Shown here one piece after another: positions 37,377-47,934 of a stretch of DNA of 59,199 nucleotides. This stretch comes from Candidatus Neomarinimicrobium atlanticum (GTDB lineage Bacteria > Fidelibacterota > Marinisomatia > Marinisomatales > Marinisomataceae). The notes below the pieces were generated by a model, which did no database searches, was not told where the DNA came from, and was given only the letters and a program-made list of their open reading frames with translations. The stretch is from NCBI GenBank assembly GCA_000402815.1, contig AQSA01000011.1:1-59199 (forward strand). The letters run 5' to 3'. The stretch's first letter is position 1. Every line of letters begins with the position of its first letter. The translations under genes and the position numbers were made by a program.

Positions 37377-38827
37377 ATACCATAGAAAAAATTAATAAAG
37401 ATTGGGATTTTGTAATTGGAATAGAAGTACATGTACAATTAGAAACAAAATCAAAGATGTTTAGTACATGTGAATACAACTACGATCAAAGCCCAAATAC
37501 ACTCACCTGCCCTACTTCAATTGGATTACCTGGCGCATTACCTTCAATCAATCAAAAAGCGATAGATTTTGCTATTAAATTTGGAGGTGCAGTAAATGCT
37601 ACAGTACATTCGTCTTTCTCTTTTGCTAGAAAGCATTATTTCTATCCAGATTTACCAAAAGGATATCAAATATCGCAGTTTGATAAACCTATAGTTACAG
37701 GTGGCATTGTTCCTATTTGGTGGGATAATAAAAAATATGATATTGAACTAACAAGAGCTCACTTAGAAGAAGATGCTGGTAAATCGACTCATAATTCTTC
37801 AAAAAATAATAGTCAGGTAGATTTTAATAGAAGTGGTGCTCCTTTAATAGAAATTGTAACTGAGCCCGTTCTAACACACCCAATTCAAGCAAAGATCTTT
37901 ATTCAAAGGATAAAGCAGATTGTTAACTATATAGCAATTTCTAATGCCGAAATGGAGCAAGGAAAATTGAGATGTGATGCTAATATATCACTTAAGAAAA
38001 AAGGTATAAAAAAATTTGGTACTAAAACAGAGATTAAAAACATTAATTCATTTAGAAATGTACAAAAGGCAATTGAATCTGAAATCAAAAGACAACATCA
38101 TCTCCTTGAAGATGGAAAAGAAGTAGTACAAGCAAGTCTTACTTGGAATAATGAAAAAAATATTGCAGAAATTATGCGAGTTAAGGAGAATGCTGATGAC
38201 TATAGATATTTTCCAGATCCTGATTTACCTCCAGTTATAATTTCAGAATCTAAGATAGATTCAATCATAAAAGATTTACCTTTCTTACCATTTGAATTTG
38301 AAAATAGGTGGATAGATGAATATGATTTTAAACCTGACGAAGCAATAACTCTTGCTAGTACAATACATATTGCTTCTTACTTTGAAAAAATGATTAAGTA
38401 CGATGTTACTCCTAAAAATGCAAGTAAATGGATAACAGGTGAATTATTTCGATTATTCAATGAGATAAATATACCCTTTGATGAAGATAGAGTTTTAGCG
38501 AAAGATTTAGCAAAAGTTATTTCTCTAAGCGATTCAGAACAAATTACTACAAATTCTGCTAAGGAAATCTTAAGAAAATTATTTATTTCTGATAAATCAA
38601 TAGATTCTATAATTAGCGACGATAACTATCTTGATAATACTGATAATACTATAATAGATATTATTAATAAAGTTTTAGATCAGAATCCAAATGAAGTTGA
38701 TAGATTTAAAAATGGAGAAGAGAAACTATTAAGCTATTTTATGGGTAAAGTAATGAAGGAATCTAAAGGCAAGATAAGTCATAAAATTATCATTCAAGAA
38801 TTGAATAACAAACTTAGAAACTCTTAA
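37373..38827 (+). CDS. gatB: Asp/Glu-tRNA amidotransferase subunit B
   Basis: [50 protein letters not shown]; TTG start. Confidence 0.96.
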   Translation: MNTIEKINKDWDFVIGIEVHVQLETKSKMFSTCEYNYDQSPNTLTCPTSIGLPGALPSINQKAIDFAIKFGGAVNATVHSSFSFARKHYFYPDLPKGYQISQFDKPIVTGGIVPIWWDNKKYDIELTRAHLEEDAGKSTHNSSKNNSQVDFNRSGAPLIEIVTEPVLTHPIQAKIFIQRIKQIVNYIAISNAEMEQGKLRCDANISLKKKGIKKFGTKTEIKNINSFRNVQKAIESEIKRQHHLLEDGKEVVQASLTWNNEKNIAEIMRVKENADDYRYFPDPDLPPVIISESKIDSIIKDLPFLPFEFENRWIDEYDFKPDEAITLASTIHIASYFEKMIKYDVTPKNASKWITGELFRLFNEINIPFDEDRVLAKDLAKVISLSDSEQITTNSAKEILRKLFISDKSIDSIISDDNYLDNTDNTIIDIINKVLDQNPNEVDRFKNGEEKLLSYFMGKVMKESKGKISHKIIIQELNNKLRNS

Positions 38828-39060
38828 AATTTTCTTCCGTTAGCAGCCATCTCTCTAATTACCGAATCAATACCTTTTTTATCAATAATTTTAAGACCTT
38901 TTGCAGAAACTTTAAGTGTAACAGATTTTTTCAGACTATCTACCCAAAAAGTTTTTTTCTGTAGATTTACATCGAATCTTCTTCTAGTTTTGTTATTAGC
39001 ATGACTTACGTTGTTGCCATACATTACTTTTTTACCTGTTACTTCACAAACTCTTGACAT
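38824..39060 (-). CDS. rpmB: 50S ribosomal protein L28
   Basis: [28 protein letters not shown]. Confidence 0.97.
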   Translation of the reverse strand: MSRVCEVTGKKVMYGNNVSHANNKTRRRFDVNLQKKTFWVDSLKKSVTLKVSAKGLKIIDKKGIDSVIREMAANGRKF

Positions 39061-39139
39061 TTTTTAACCTTTTATGTTTAAGTTTAATTAAACTCCGGCA
39101 AATTTAAACCAATAATTGAACCGAACAAACAAAAAGAAT

Positions 39140-40120
39140 ATGATTGATTTAAATAAAAAAATAGAGATTGGATCTTTAACATTAGACTTTCCTTTTTTTC
39201 TAGCTCCTATGGCAGGAGTTACTGACTATGCATACAGAGTAATTGCTAAAGAATTTGGTGCAGGTATTGTCTATTCTGAATTTGTATCAGCGCATGGCAT
39301 TATAAGAAAAAATGAAAAGACCTTAAAAATGATTGAATTCTCAAACTTTGAAAGGCCAATTGGTATTCAAATATTTGGAGATACTCCTGAGGTCATGGAA
39401 AAAGCAGCTCGCTTAGTATATGAACAGTTTAAACCGGACCTTATTGATATCAACTATGGCTGTCCTGTTCCAAAAGTAACTAAAAAAGGCGCTGGATCTG
39501 CAGCTTTAAAAGATTTATGTCTAATGGAAGATATAACTGCTGCAGTTGTTGAGTCTGTTAAGGAAGTTCCTGTGACTGTTAAAATGAGAGCAGGATGGAA
39601 TTCAGAAAATATTGTAAGTACAGATGCAGGTATAAAACTAGAAAAAATTGGTATTAAAGCTATCACATTACATCCAAGAACAACTGTTCAAATGTATAGA
39701 GGAAAAGCTGATTGGTCCCTTATTAAAGAATTAAAAGAAAATGTGAAGATTCCCGTAATAGGTAATGGTGATATACAAACAATTCAAGATATTGAAAAAA
39801 TGTTCTCATTAACAAAGTGTGATGGAATTATGATTGGAAGAGCTGCACTTGGCAATCCTTGGTTTTTTACCCAGATTAAAAAGTATATGAAAAATGAGGA
39901 TTTTAATGAGATAAGCTTGAATGAAAGATTGGATGTTTGTAATAAACATCTTGAGCTACTTGTTCAAACACATGGAGAAGTAGTTGGAACAAATAATATG
40001 AGAAAACACTTTGGTTGGTACTTCAAGGGCTTTAAGCATGCTTCTGGATTGCGAAAAAAATTAGTTTTAGTAAAGAATTATTCTGAAATGAAAGATATTT
40101 TATCTAATATTAGGCACTAA
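39140..40120 (+). CDS. dusB: tRNA-dihydrouridine synthase
   Basis: LAPMAGVTD, QIFG, DINYGCP, KMRAGW, GNGDI, MIGRA; ATG at 39140 preferred. Confidence 0.92.
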   Translation: MIDLNKKIEIGSLTLDFPFFLAPMAGVTDYAYRVIAKEFGAGIVYSEFVSAHGIIRKNEKTLKMIEFSNFERPIGIQIFGDTPEVMEKAARLVYEQFKPDLIDINYGCPVPKVTKKGAGSAALKDLCLMEDITAAVVESVKEVPVTVKMRAGWNSENIVSTDAGIKLEKIGIKAITLHPRTTVQMYRGKADWSLIKELKENVKIPVIGNGDIQTIQDIEKMFSLTKCDGIMIGRAALGNPWFFTQIKKYMKNEDFNEISLNERLDVCNKHLELLVQTHGEVVGTNNMRKHFGWYFKGFKHASGLRKKLVLVKNYSEMKDILSNIRH

Positions 40121-40137
40121 AAACAAAAGGAAAAATT

Positions 40138-41754
40138 ATGGACAAAAATTTTAAAGCAGTAAATGCACCAATACTAGATTTTGAACCCGGTTCAAAGCAT
40201 AGAGAAGAATTATTAAAAGAGATTGAAAGACAATCCAATAGACAGAAAGAAGTTCCAGTAATTATTCATGGTAAAGAATATTTTACAGGCAATATTCAAA
40301 AATGCACAAAACCCCATGATCATCAACATATTTTAGGAACATATCATGAAGCTGGAGAGAAAGAGATTCAAATGGCCATAGATTCTTCTCTAGAAGCATG
40401 GAAAACTTGGTCAAATACTTCTCTCGAATATAGAGCTTCAATCTTTAAAAAAGTTGCTGATTTAATTGATGGCCCATATAGATATAAAATTAATGCTGCA
40501 GCAATGCTTGATATTGGAAAAAGCGTTTTCCAAGCTGAGGTTGATGCATCATGCGAACTTATAGACTTTTTAAATTTTAGCATTGAGTTTGCTTACAAAA
40601 TGGAAGATACATTTACCCCCATTTCTCCGGAAGGAATGCACAATGCTTTAGAATTCAGACCTCTCGAAGGATTTGTTTTCGCTATTGCTCCATTCAACTT
40701 CTTTAGCATTGGAGGAAATTTAGCTATCGCTCCTGCTATTGTAGGTAATACAGTATTATGGAAACCAGCACCAAGCGCTGTTTATTCATCTCATATTATT
40801 ATGGAGCTATATAAAGAAGCAGGACTTCCTGATGGAGTAATTAATTTTATTCCAGGCGATGGTCCTAAAATTGGTGATCAAGTACTTGCTCATAGAGACT
40901 TAGCTGGAGTACACTTTACTGGATCAACTAAAACATTTAAGCATTTATGGAAAGGTGTATCTAATAATTTAGATACATATAAAAGCTATCCTAAAGTCGT
41001 TGGTGAAACTGGAGGTAAAGACTTCTGTATCGCTCATGAATCTGCTAATATTGATAGCCTTGTAACTGCTATGGTAAGAGGAGCATTTGAATATCAAGGA
41101 CAAAAGTGCTCTGCTATGTCTAGAGCCTACCTCCCTTCTACTAAATGGGATGTTATTAAAGAAAAACTAGTAGCGCAAATTGACACAATAGAAGTTGGAC
41201 CTCCCGAAGATTTTAAAAACTTTGTAAATGCAGTTATTGATGAAACTGCGTTTGATAAAATATCTTCCTACATAGACTATGCACATGAATCAAATGATTG
41301 TGAAGTTTTGTGTGGCGGTACATATGATAAATCAAAAGGCTATTTTGTTCAACCAACTGTAATAGTAACTACCGATCCACATTTTAAAACATTGGAAGAA
41401 GAAATATTTGGTCCTGTATTAACTATTTATGTATATGATACATCTCAATGGTCCGAGACTTTAACGTTAATTGATTCAACATCACCTTATGCATTAACTG
41501 GATGTGTTTTCTCTGAAGATAGAGATATTGTAGAAGAAGTACGCTCTACATTAAGATTCTCAGCAGGTAATTTTTATATTAACGACAAACCAACTGGTGC
41601 TGTTGTAGGTCAACAACCATTTGGAGGGAGTAGAGCTTCTGGAACAAATGATAAGGGCGGTTCTATGCTTAATCTGCTAAGATGGACCTCACCCAGAACC
41701 ATTAAAGAAACTTTCGAACCACCTAAGGACTATCGTTACCCTTATATGGATTAA
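40138..41754 (+). CDS. pruA: 1-pyrroline-5-carboxylate (glutamate-semialdehyde) dehydrogenase
   Basis: PLEGFVFAIAPFNF, FTGST, GETGGKDF, FEYQGQKCSAMSR, EEIFGP, NDKPTGAVVGQQPFGG. Confidence 0.94.
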   Translation: MDKNFKAVNAPILDFEPGSKHREELLKEIERQSNRQKEVPVIIHGKEYFTGNIQKCTKPHDHQHILGTYHEAGEKEIQMAIDSSLEAWKTWSNTSLEYRASIFKKVADLIDGPYRYKINAAAMLDIGKSVFQAEVDASCELIDFLNFSIEFAYKMEDTFTPISPEGMHNALEFRPLEGFVFAIAPFNFFSIGGNLAIAPAIVGNTVLWKPAPSAVYSSHIIMELYKEAGLPDGVINFIPGDGPKIGDQVLAHRDLAGVHFTGSTKTFKHLWKGVSNNLDTYKSYPKVVGETGGKDFCIAHESANIDSLVTAMVRGAFEYQGQKCSAMSRAYLPSTKWDVIKEKLVAQIDTIEVGPPEDFKNFVNAVIDETAFDKISSYIDYAHESNDCEVLCGGTYDKSKGYFVQPTVIVTTDPHFKTLEEEIFGPVLTIYVYDTSQWSETLTLIDSTSPYALTGCVFSEDRDIVEEVRSTLRFSAGNFYINDKPTGAVVGQQPFGGSRASGTNDKGGSMLNLLRWTSPRTIKETFEPPKDYRYPYMD

Positions 41755-41755
41755 T

Positions 41756-42922
41756 ATGAAAATTCACGAATACCAAGCCAAAGAAATCCTTAAAAAGTTT
41801 AATATTCCTATTCAGGAAGGTTATGCCATTGAAAATAGTGGAGATATTGATAGTACTATTAAAAAAGTACAATCTGATTTTAACTGTGAAGCTGTAATTG
41901 TCAAAGCTCAAATTCATGCTGGAGGTCGAGGAAAAGGTGGTGGAGTTAAGTACTGCCCTACTTTTAAAGATGCTCAAGGCGCTGCTAATACAATTTTAGG
42001 GATGAACCTGATTACTCATCAAACAGGTCCTGAAGGAAAAATGGTCAATAAAATCCTTATTACTGAAGCCTTAGATATTGAAAAAGAATATTATTTTGCT
42101 ATTACCTTCGATAGATCTAAAAATTCTGACGTGTTTATAGTCTCAAGTGAAGGTGGTGTGGATATTGAACAAGTAGCAGAAAATAATCCTGATCAGATTA
42201 TTAAAGCTTGGATTGATGACTCTCCTAATGCTCTAGAAAATGCAGTAAAAAAGATTATCCTATCTCTATCACTTCAAAAGTTTGAAAATGTAGAACAAAT
42301 GTTCAAAGACCTATACAAATGTTACATTGAATCAGATTGCTCCCTTCTAGAAATAAATCCTTTAGTATCAACGACTAGTAATCAGATTATAGCTTTAGAT
42401 GCAAAAGTAGATATTGATTCAAATGCTCTTTTTAGACATCCTGAAATTGCCGCTTATCATGATAAATCAGAAGAAGACCCACTAGAACTGAAAGCTGCTG
42501 AATATGGATTAAATTATATCAAACTAGATGGTAATGTAGGATGTATGGTAAATGGAGCGGGATTAGCAATGGCTACAATGGATATAGTGAAACATTGTGG
42601 AGGTGAACCTGCTAATTTCTTAGATGTAGGAGGAGCTGCTAATGTAGAAACTATTAAAAATGGTTTTAAAATTATTTTGTCTGATAAAAATGTGAAGTCC
42701 ATTTTAATCAATATATTTGGTGGAATTGTTCGATGTGATAGAGTGGCTAACGGCGTAATACAAGCTGTAAAAGAACTAGATCTGGATGTTGTAGTGGTTG
42801 TAAGATTGCAAGGCACTAATGCAAAATTAGCTAAAAAAATTCTCGATGAATCAGATATTGAATTAATCAGTGCAGAAACTATTAATGAAGCTGCAACAAA
42901 AGCTGTGGAGATGATAAAATAA
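41756..42922 (+). CDS. sucC: Succinyl-CoA synthetase beta subunit
   Basis: MKIHEYQAK, KAQIHAGGRGKGGG, GCMVNGAGLAMATMD, NIFGGIVRCD. Confidence 0.97.
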   Translation: MKIHEYQAKEILKKFNIPIQEGYAIENSGDIDSTIKKVQSDFNCEAVIVKAQIHAGGRGKGGGVKYCPTFKDAQGAANTILGMNLITHQTGPEGKMVNKILITEALDIEKEYYFAITFDRSKNSDVFIVSSEGGVDIEQVAENNPDQIIKAWIDDSPNALENAVKKIILSLSLQKFENVEQMFKDLYKCYIESDCSLLEINPLVSTTSNQIIALDAKVDIDSNALFRHPEIAAYHDKSEEDPLELKAAEYGLNYIKLDGNVGCMVNGAGLAMATMDIVKHCGGEPANFLDVGGAANVETIKNGFKIILSDKNVKSILINIFGGIVRCDRVANGVIQAVKELDLDVVVVVRLQGTNAKLAKKILDESDIELISAETINEAATKAVEMIK

Positions 42923-42923
42923 T

Positions 42924-43799
42924 ATGTCAATTCTATTAAATAAGAATACAAATATACTAGTTCAAGGAATTACTGGATCTGAAGGATCATTTCATGCAGA
43001 ACAAATGATGGAATATGGCTCAAAAGTTGTCTGTGGTGTCACTCCAGGAAAAGGTGGCCATACTGCAACAATAAACAAACTGCCTGTATTCAACTCGATT
43101 AATGAAGCAAAAAAAGAATTTCAAATTGATGCTACTGTTATTTTTGTACCTCCAAGGTTTGCAGCAAAAGCAATAATAGAGGCTATTGAAGCAAGTGTTC
43201 AATTAATAGTATGTATATCTGAAGGGATTCCTGCTAGAGATATGGTTACAGTGAAGAATATGCTAGATAAATCTTCTAGTACTTTAATAGGACCAAATTG
43301 TCCTGGATTAATAACAGCAGAGGAATCAAAGATTGGTATTACACCAGGATTTATATGTAAAAAAGGATCTGTGGGTATACTCTCAAGATCTGGAACATTG
43401 ACCTATGAGGCTATAGATCAAGTAGTCAATGTTGGGTTAGGCATTACAACTGCGGTTGGTATCGGAGGAGATCCCGTTATAGGATCAAGTATGATAGATA
43501 TATTAAAACATTTCGAAAATGATGATGACACAAAAGGGATTGTTATGATTGGTGAAATAGGTGGAAATATGGAAAATGATGCTGCTAGGTGGGTGAAAGA
43601 CAATTTAAATAAACCTGTAGTTTCCTTTATAGCAGGACAAACCGCACCAAAAGGTAAAAGAATGGGTCATGCTGGAGCAATAATATCAGAAGGATCTGAA
43701 ACAGCTGAAGCTAAAATTAAAATACTTAAAGAATGTGGAATTTCAGTAGCAAATACTGTATCTGAAATTGGCATTACAATGAAAACATTAATAGGATAA
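42924..43799 (+). CDS. sucD: Succinyl-CoA synthetase alpha subunit
   Basis: QGITG, GPNCPG, SRSGTLTYE, GIGGD, RMGHAGA. Confidence 0.97.
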   Translation: MSILLNKNTNILVQGITGSEGSFHAEQMMEYGSKVVCGVTPGKGGHTATINKLPVFNSINEAKKEFQIDATVIFVPPRFAAKAIIEAIEASVQLIVCISEGIPARDMVTVKNMLDKSSSTLIGPNCPGLITAEESKIGITPGFICKKGSVGILSRSGTLTYEAIDQVVNVGLGITTAVGIGGDPVIGSSMIDILKHFENDDDTKGIVMIGEIGGNMENDAARWVKDNLNKPVVSFIAGQTAPKGKRMGHAGAIISEGSETAEAKIKILKECGISVANTVSEIGITMKTLIG

Positions 43800-43803
43800 A
43801 AAT

Positions 43804-44205
43804 ATGAAAAATACACTTGCAATTATTAAACCAGATGCGATGAGAAAAGGTCATCTTGAAGATATTAGAAAAGATATCTTAGATAATGGATTTGATATCG
43901 TAGAAGAAAAAACTTTAAATCTTTCAAATGAACAAGCTTGTTCTTTTTATGACATTCATCAAGATAAGCCTTTCTTTGATGAACTTGTTGAGTTTATGAC
44001 TTCCTATGAATGTCATGTGATGAAACTAGAAAAAGAAGATGCTGTAGTCGAATGGAGAAATCTAATGGGCGCAACAGATTCTCAGAAAGCTGATACTGGT
44101 ACTATTAGGCAAAAATATGGTACTGACATTTCTATGAATGCTACTCATGGATCAGATAGTAACGACAATGCACATAAAGAGATTGAATTCTTTTTCAATG
44201 ATTAA
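43804..44205 (+). CDS. ndk: Nucleoside diphosphate kinase
   Basis: TLAIIKPDA, WRNLMGAT, NATHGSDS. Confidence 0.96.
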   Translation: MKNTLAIIKPDAMRKGHLEDIRKDILDNGFDIVEEKTLNLSNEQACSFYDIHQDKPFFDELVEFMTSYECHVMKLEKEDAVVEWRNLMGATDSQKADTGTIRQKYGTDISMNATHGSDSNDNAHKEIEFFFND

Positions 44206-44596
44206 ATATTCTTTATTAATAATTGGTTTATCTTCTACTCTCTTTTCTCAAGAATTAAATGATGAATGGCTAAATACTACTTTAGAAAAAAGTATACCAG
44301 AGATAGCAGTAGTAAATACTGCTGAAGTACCAAATCAACCATTAGAACAACAAAAAAATACTTACTTCACCATACAAGTAGCAGCTAAAGCTACTTTTGC
44401 GGATGCAGAAGAACTTGTAAAAATATTGAATAATTATAATTTAGAAGCTTTTATACAAAAAAATGATTCCAATGAAAAATTAAAGTATCGCGTTAGATAT
44501 GGAAGTTTTTTATCTAAAGAAGATGCTTCTATGACGGCAAAAGATATTAAAAATGAGCTAGGATATGATTGCTGGGTAGATAAAATAGAATTATAA
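44198..44596 (+). CDS. Exported SPOR-domain protein
   Basis: Signal peptide from ATG 44198; FTIQVAA..., YRVRYGSF. Confidence 0.8.
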   Translation: MIKYSLLIIGLSSTLFSQELNDEWLNTTLEKSIPEIAVVNTAEVPNQPLEQQKNTYFTIQVAAKATFADAEELVKILNNYNLEAFIQKNDSNEKLKYRVRYGSFLSKEDASMTAKDIKNELGYDCWVDKIEL

Positions 44597-44653
44597 AAAT
44601 TATTTTATTTCAAAGATTTATTTGTTTATATTGACCCTAGTTAAGGAAAGAAA

Positions 44654-44830
44654 ATGTTACCTAAAAAAAGACAGTCTAAAACAAGATCAAAAAAGAGAAG
44701 AACTCATTATACTTCTTCCCTAGTGCATACAGTTACCTGTAAAAACACTGGAGAAGAGCATCTACCGCATCATGCGTACTATCATGATGGAATCCTGTAT
44801 CATAAAGGAAAACCAGTCGATCAAAACTAA
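44654..44830 (+). CDS. rpmF: 50S ribosomal protein L32 (missed by the ORF track)
   Basis: MLPKKRQSKTRSKKRRTHY...CKNTGEEHLPHHAYYHDGILYHKGK; AAGGA RBS; stop overlaps the fabD ATG. Confidence 0.9.
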   Translation: MLPKKRQSKTRSKKRRTHYTSSLVHTVTCKNTGEEHLPHHAYYHDGILYHKGKPVDQN

Positions 44831-45738
44831 TGAGTGATTGCTTTATTTTTTCAGGACAAGGTTCTCATCGTCCTGGAATGGGATTAAAACTTTATCAACA
44901 CTCTACAATTGCCAAAGATAAAATTCATTTATCTAATCAAATTCTTGGATATGATATATCTGATATTATGTTTGATGATAATGAAGCTACTCTCAGACAG
45001 ACTAATTATGCCCAGGTAGCAATCTATATTTATTCTTGTATTATTTTTGATATTATTAAAAATACTAATCATTCACCTACGGCAGTCGCAGGACATAGCC
45101 TTGGTGAGTTTTCTGCTTTATATGCCAATAACACCTATACATTTGAAACAGGCCTTAGAATTGTAGATATTCGCGCTAAAGCAATGCATAGATGTGAAAA
45201 AAATAATGAAGGAAAAATGAGTGCTGTAATAGGAATGAGTAAAGATAAAATTATAGATATTTGTGAAGGAACAGATACTCAAATAGCTAATATTAATTCA
45301 GATCAACAAGTTGTTATTTCAGGAACAGCAGAATCTATTCAATCTATATCTGAACAATTAAAAACTAATGGAGCAAAACGTATTATTGCCCTTCCTGTCA
45401 GCGGTGCATTTCATTCAAAACTAATGTCAGATGCAAAGCCTGAACTAAAAAAAATTATTTCAAATGCGACGTTCAATCAACCAACCATTCCTATTGTATC
45501 AAATTATGATGCAGTGTTACGATCAAATCCAGATGAAATTAAAAAAGCTTTGACAGAACAAATCGACAATCCTGTTTTATGGCTCGACAGTATTAAAACA
45601 TTAGGTAAAATAAATAATAATTTTATAGAGATAGGACCTAAAAAAGTATTATCAGGAATAATCAAAAAAATAGATGAATTGTTTCATATTTCTAGTTTTA
45701 ATAGCTATAATGATGTAGAGGAATATTTAGATGTTTAA
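44830..45738 (+). CDS. fabD: Malonyl-CoA:ACP transacylase
   Basis: FSGQGS, QVAI, GHSLGE, VSGAFHS, EIGPKKVL. Confidence 0.95.
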   Translation: MSDCFIFSGQGSHRPGMGLKLYQHSTIAKDKIHLSNQILGYDISDIMFDDNEATLRQTNYAQVAIYIYSCIIFDIIKNTNHSPTAVAGHSLGEFSALYANNTYTFETGLRIVDIRAKAMHRCEKNNEGKMSAVIGMSKDKIIDICEGTDTQIANINSDQQVVISGTAESIQSISEQLKTNGAKRIIALPVSGAFHSKLMSDAKPELKKIISNATFNQPTIPIVSNYDAVLRSNPDEIKKALTEQIDNPVLWLDSIKTLGKINNNFIEIGPKKVLSGIIKKIDELFHISSFNSYNDVEEYLDV

Positions 45739-46462
45739 TCATTCAAGTAAAACAGCATTAGTTACAGGAGCATCAAGAGGTATTGGAAAAACAATTTCAA
45801 TGATGCTTGCAGCTAATGGCATAAAAGTTATTGGCGTAGCAACGTCAGAAGAATCTCTTAAGTCAATTCAGAATATCGATAATATCATTCCTTTTTGTTG
45901 CGATATATCAAATGAAAAATCTGTAGAACAGTTATATAATTTTTCAAAAGAACACTTCGATTCAATTGATATTTTAGTAAACAATGCTGGAATCCATATG
46001 GACAATATTTTATTAAGAATGAAAACAGATGAATGGCAAAAAGTTTTAGACGTTAATTTGAATGGGCCATTTTATTTAACAAGAATCTTATTAAAAGACA
46101 TGATTAAAAGCAAAAGTGGAAGAATTATCAATATTTCTTCTATTTCAGGTACCGATGGAAATAAAGGACAAAGTAATTATTCTGCATCTAAGGGAGGTTT
46201 ACTTGCATTTACAAAGTCACTTGCCAAAGAAGTAGGTCGAAGAAATATTACGGTTAACTGTATTGCTCCAGGTGTAATTGAAACGGACATGATTGCACAT
46301 TTAACTGATACTGTAAAAAAGAATTACTTAGATAGAATACCATTGAAAAAATTTGGAAAACCAGAAGATATTGGTAAAATGATTTTGTTTTTATCTTCCG
46401 ATGAAGCCAGTTATATTACTGGGCAAACATTTTATATTGATGGTGGAATATCATTAAACTAG
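45731..46462 (+). CDS. fabG: 3-oxoacyl-ACP reductase
   Basis: TGASRGIG, NNAGI, YSASK, APGVIETDM. Confidence 0.95.
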   Translation: MFNHSSKTALVTGASRGIGKTISMMLAANGIKVIGVATSEESLKSIQNIDNIIPFCCDISNEKSVEQLYNFSKEHFDSIDILVNNAGIHMDNILLRMKTDEWQKVLDVNLNGPFYLTRILLKDMIKSKSGRIINISSISGTDGNKGQSNYSASKGGLLAFTKSLAKEVGRRNITVNCIAPGVIETDMIAHLTDTVKKNYLDRIPLKKFGKPEDIGKMILFLSSDEASYITGQTFYIDGGISLN

Positions 46463-46477
46463 ATAGGAGTATGAACT

Positions 46478-46711
46478 ATGTCATCGAACGATAAAGTAAA
46501 AAATATTATTATAGATAAATTAGGTGTTGATGAATCAAGAGTTGTAGCTGAAGCAAGCTTCCTTGATGATTTGGGTGCAGATTCATTAGATACCGTAGAA
46601 TTGATTATGGAATTTGAAGAGGAGTTTGATCTAGAAATTCCAGATGAAGATGCAGAAAAAATCACCACAGTAGGTGCTGCATTTGAATACATTAACAATC
46701 ACGCTAAATAA
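46478..46711 (+). CDS. acpP: Acyl carrier protein
   Basis: [14 protein letters not shown]. Confidence 0.97.
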   Translation: MSSNDKVKNIIIDKLGVDESRVVAEASFLDDLGADSLDTVELIMEFEEEFDLEIPDEDAEKITTVGAAFEYINNHAK

Positions 46712-46713
46712 TC

Positions 46714-47934
46714 TTGTCAAATAGAGTTGTTATTACTGGAGAAGGTAGTATTTCTCCTCTAGGATTATCATCCAAAGAACTTTGGAATAACCTTATTCAT
46801 GGTAAATCAGGCATCAAGCTAATTCAAAATTTTGATACTGAACAATTTAATGTTAAGATTGCTGGAGAGATTACAGATTTTGATCCTTTAGTGTTTTTTG
46901 ACCATAAACAATCTAGGAAGTTAGACCGTTATACCATGTTTGCTATGATAGCTGCAGATCAAGCTATTAAAAGTTCTGGAATTGAATCTTCAAATATAGG
47001 TGTTATTTTAGGTACTGGCGTAGGCGGTATGCATACCCTAGAAGAAGAACAAACCAAACTATTAGATAAAGGTCAAAGAGGTGTATCTCCTCATTTTATT
47101 CCAAAAATGATTCCAAATATTGCAGGTGGTCAAATTGCTATTAAACATGGATTTAATGGACCAAATTTTTCTCTTTCTACTGCTTGCTCTTCTGCTAGCG
47201 ATGCTATAGGAATGGCATATAGATTAATTCAATCTAATCAAATACATGCAATGGTATGTGGAGGATCAGAGGGAGGAATAACTCCTTTAACATTATCTGG
47301 ATTTTCAAATATGAAAGCATTGTCAAAAAATAATGAAAATCCACAAAGCGCATCTAAGCCTTTTGATAAAAATAGAGATGGATTTATTATGTCTGAAGGA
47401 TCAGCAATGTTGGTTTTAGAATCATTAGATAGTGCCAAAAAAAGAGGTGCTAATATTTTAGCAGAGATAATAGGTTATGGAATTACAAATGATGCTTATC
47501 ATATTACTCAACCTCACAATGAAAGCAAGGGCGCTACAAGTGCTATCGATTTAGCTTTACGAGATGGAAAAATCAATAAAGATGAAGTAAACTACATTAA
47601 TGCACATGGAACATCGACATATTACAATGATATGTTAGAAACTCAAGCGATTAAACAAGTCTTTGGTGATAATGCAAAAAACTTACCAGTGAGCTCTACG
47701 AAGTCAATGACAGGTCATATGCTAGGCGCTACAGGTGCGATTGAAGCAATTAGCTGTATATATGCTATAAATAATGGGATAATCCCTCCTACTATCAATT
47801 ATGAGACTCCTGACCCTGAATGTGATTTAAATTATGTTCCAAATAAGAGCATTGAATTGGATTTAAATGTCACTATTAGTAATTCTTTTGGATTTGGTGG
47901 ACATAATTCTGTTTTAGCTATTAAGCAATTTTAA
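46714..47934 (+). CDS. fabF: 3-oxoacyl-ACP synthase II
   Basis: STACSS, EGSAML, INAHGTST, KSMTGH, NSFGFGGHN; TTG start. Confidence 0.95.
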   Translation: MSNRVVITGEGSISPLGLSSKELWNNLIHGKSGIKLIQNFDTEQFNVKIAGEITDFDPLVFFDHKQSRKLDRYTMFAMIAADQAIKSSGIESSNIGVILGTGVGGMHTLEEEQTKLLDKGQRGVSPHFIPKMIPNIAGGQIAIKHGFNGPNFSLSTACSSASDAIGMAYRLIQSNQIHAMVCGGSEGGITPLTLSGFSNMKALSKNNENPQSASKPFDKNRDGFIMSEGSAMLVLESLDSAKKRGANILAEIIGYGITNDAYHITQPHNESKGATSAIDLALRDGKINKDEVNYINAHGTSTYYNDMLETQAIKQVFGDNAKNLPVSSTKSMTGHMLGATGAIEAISCIYAINNGIIPPTINYETPDPECDLNYVPNKSIELDLNVTISNSFGFGGHNSVLAIKQF

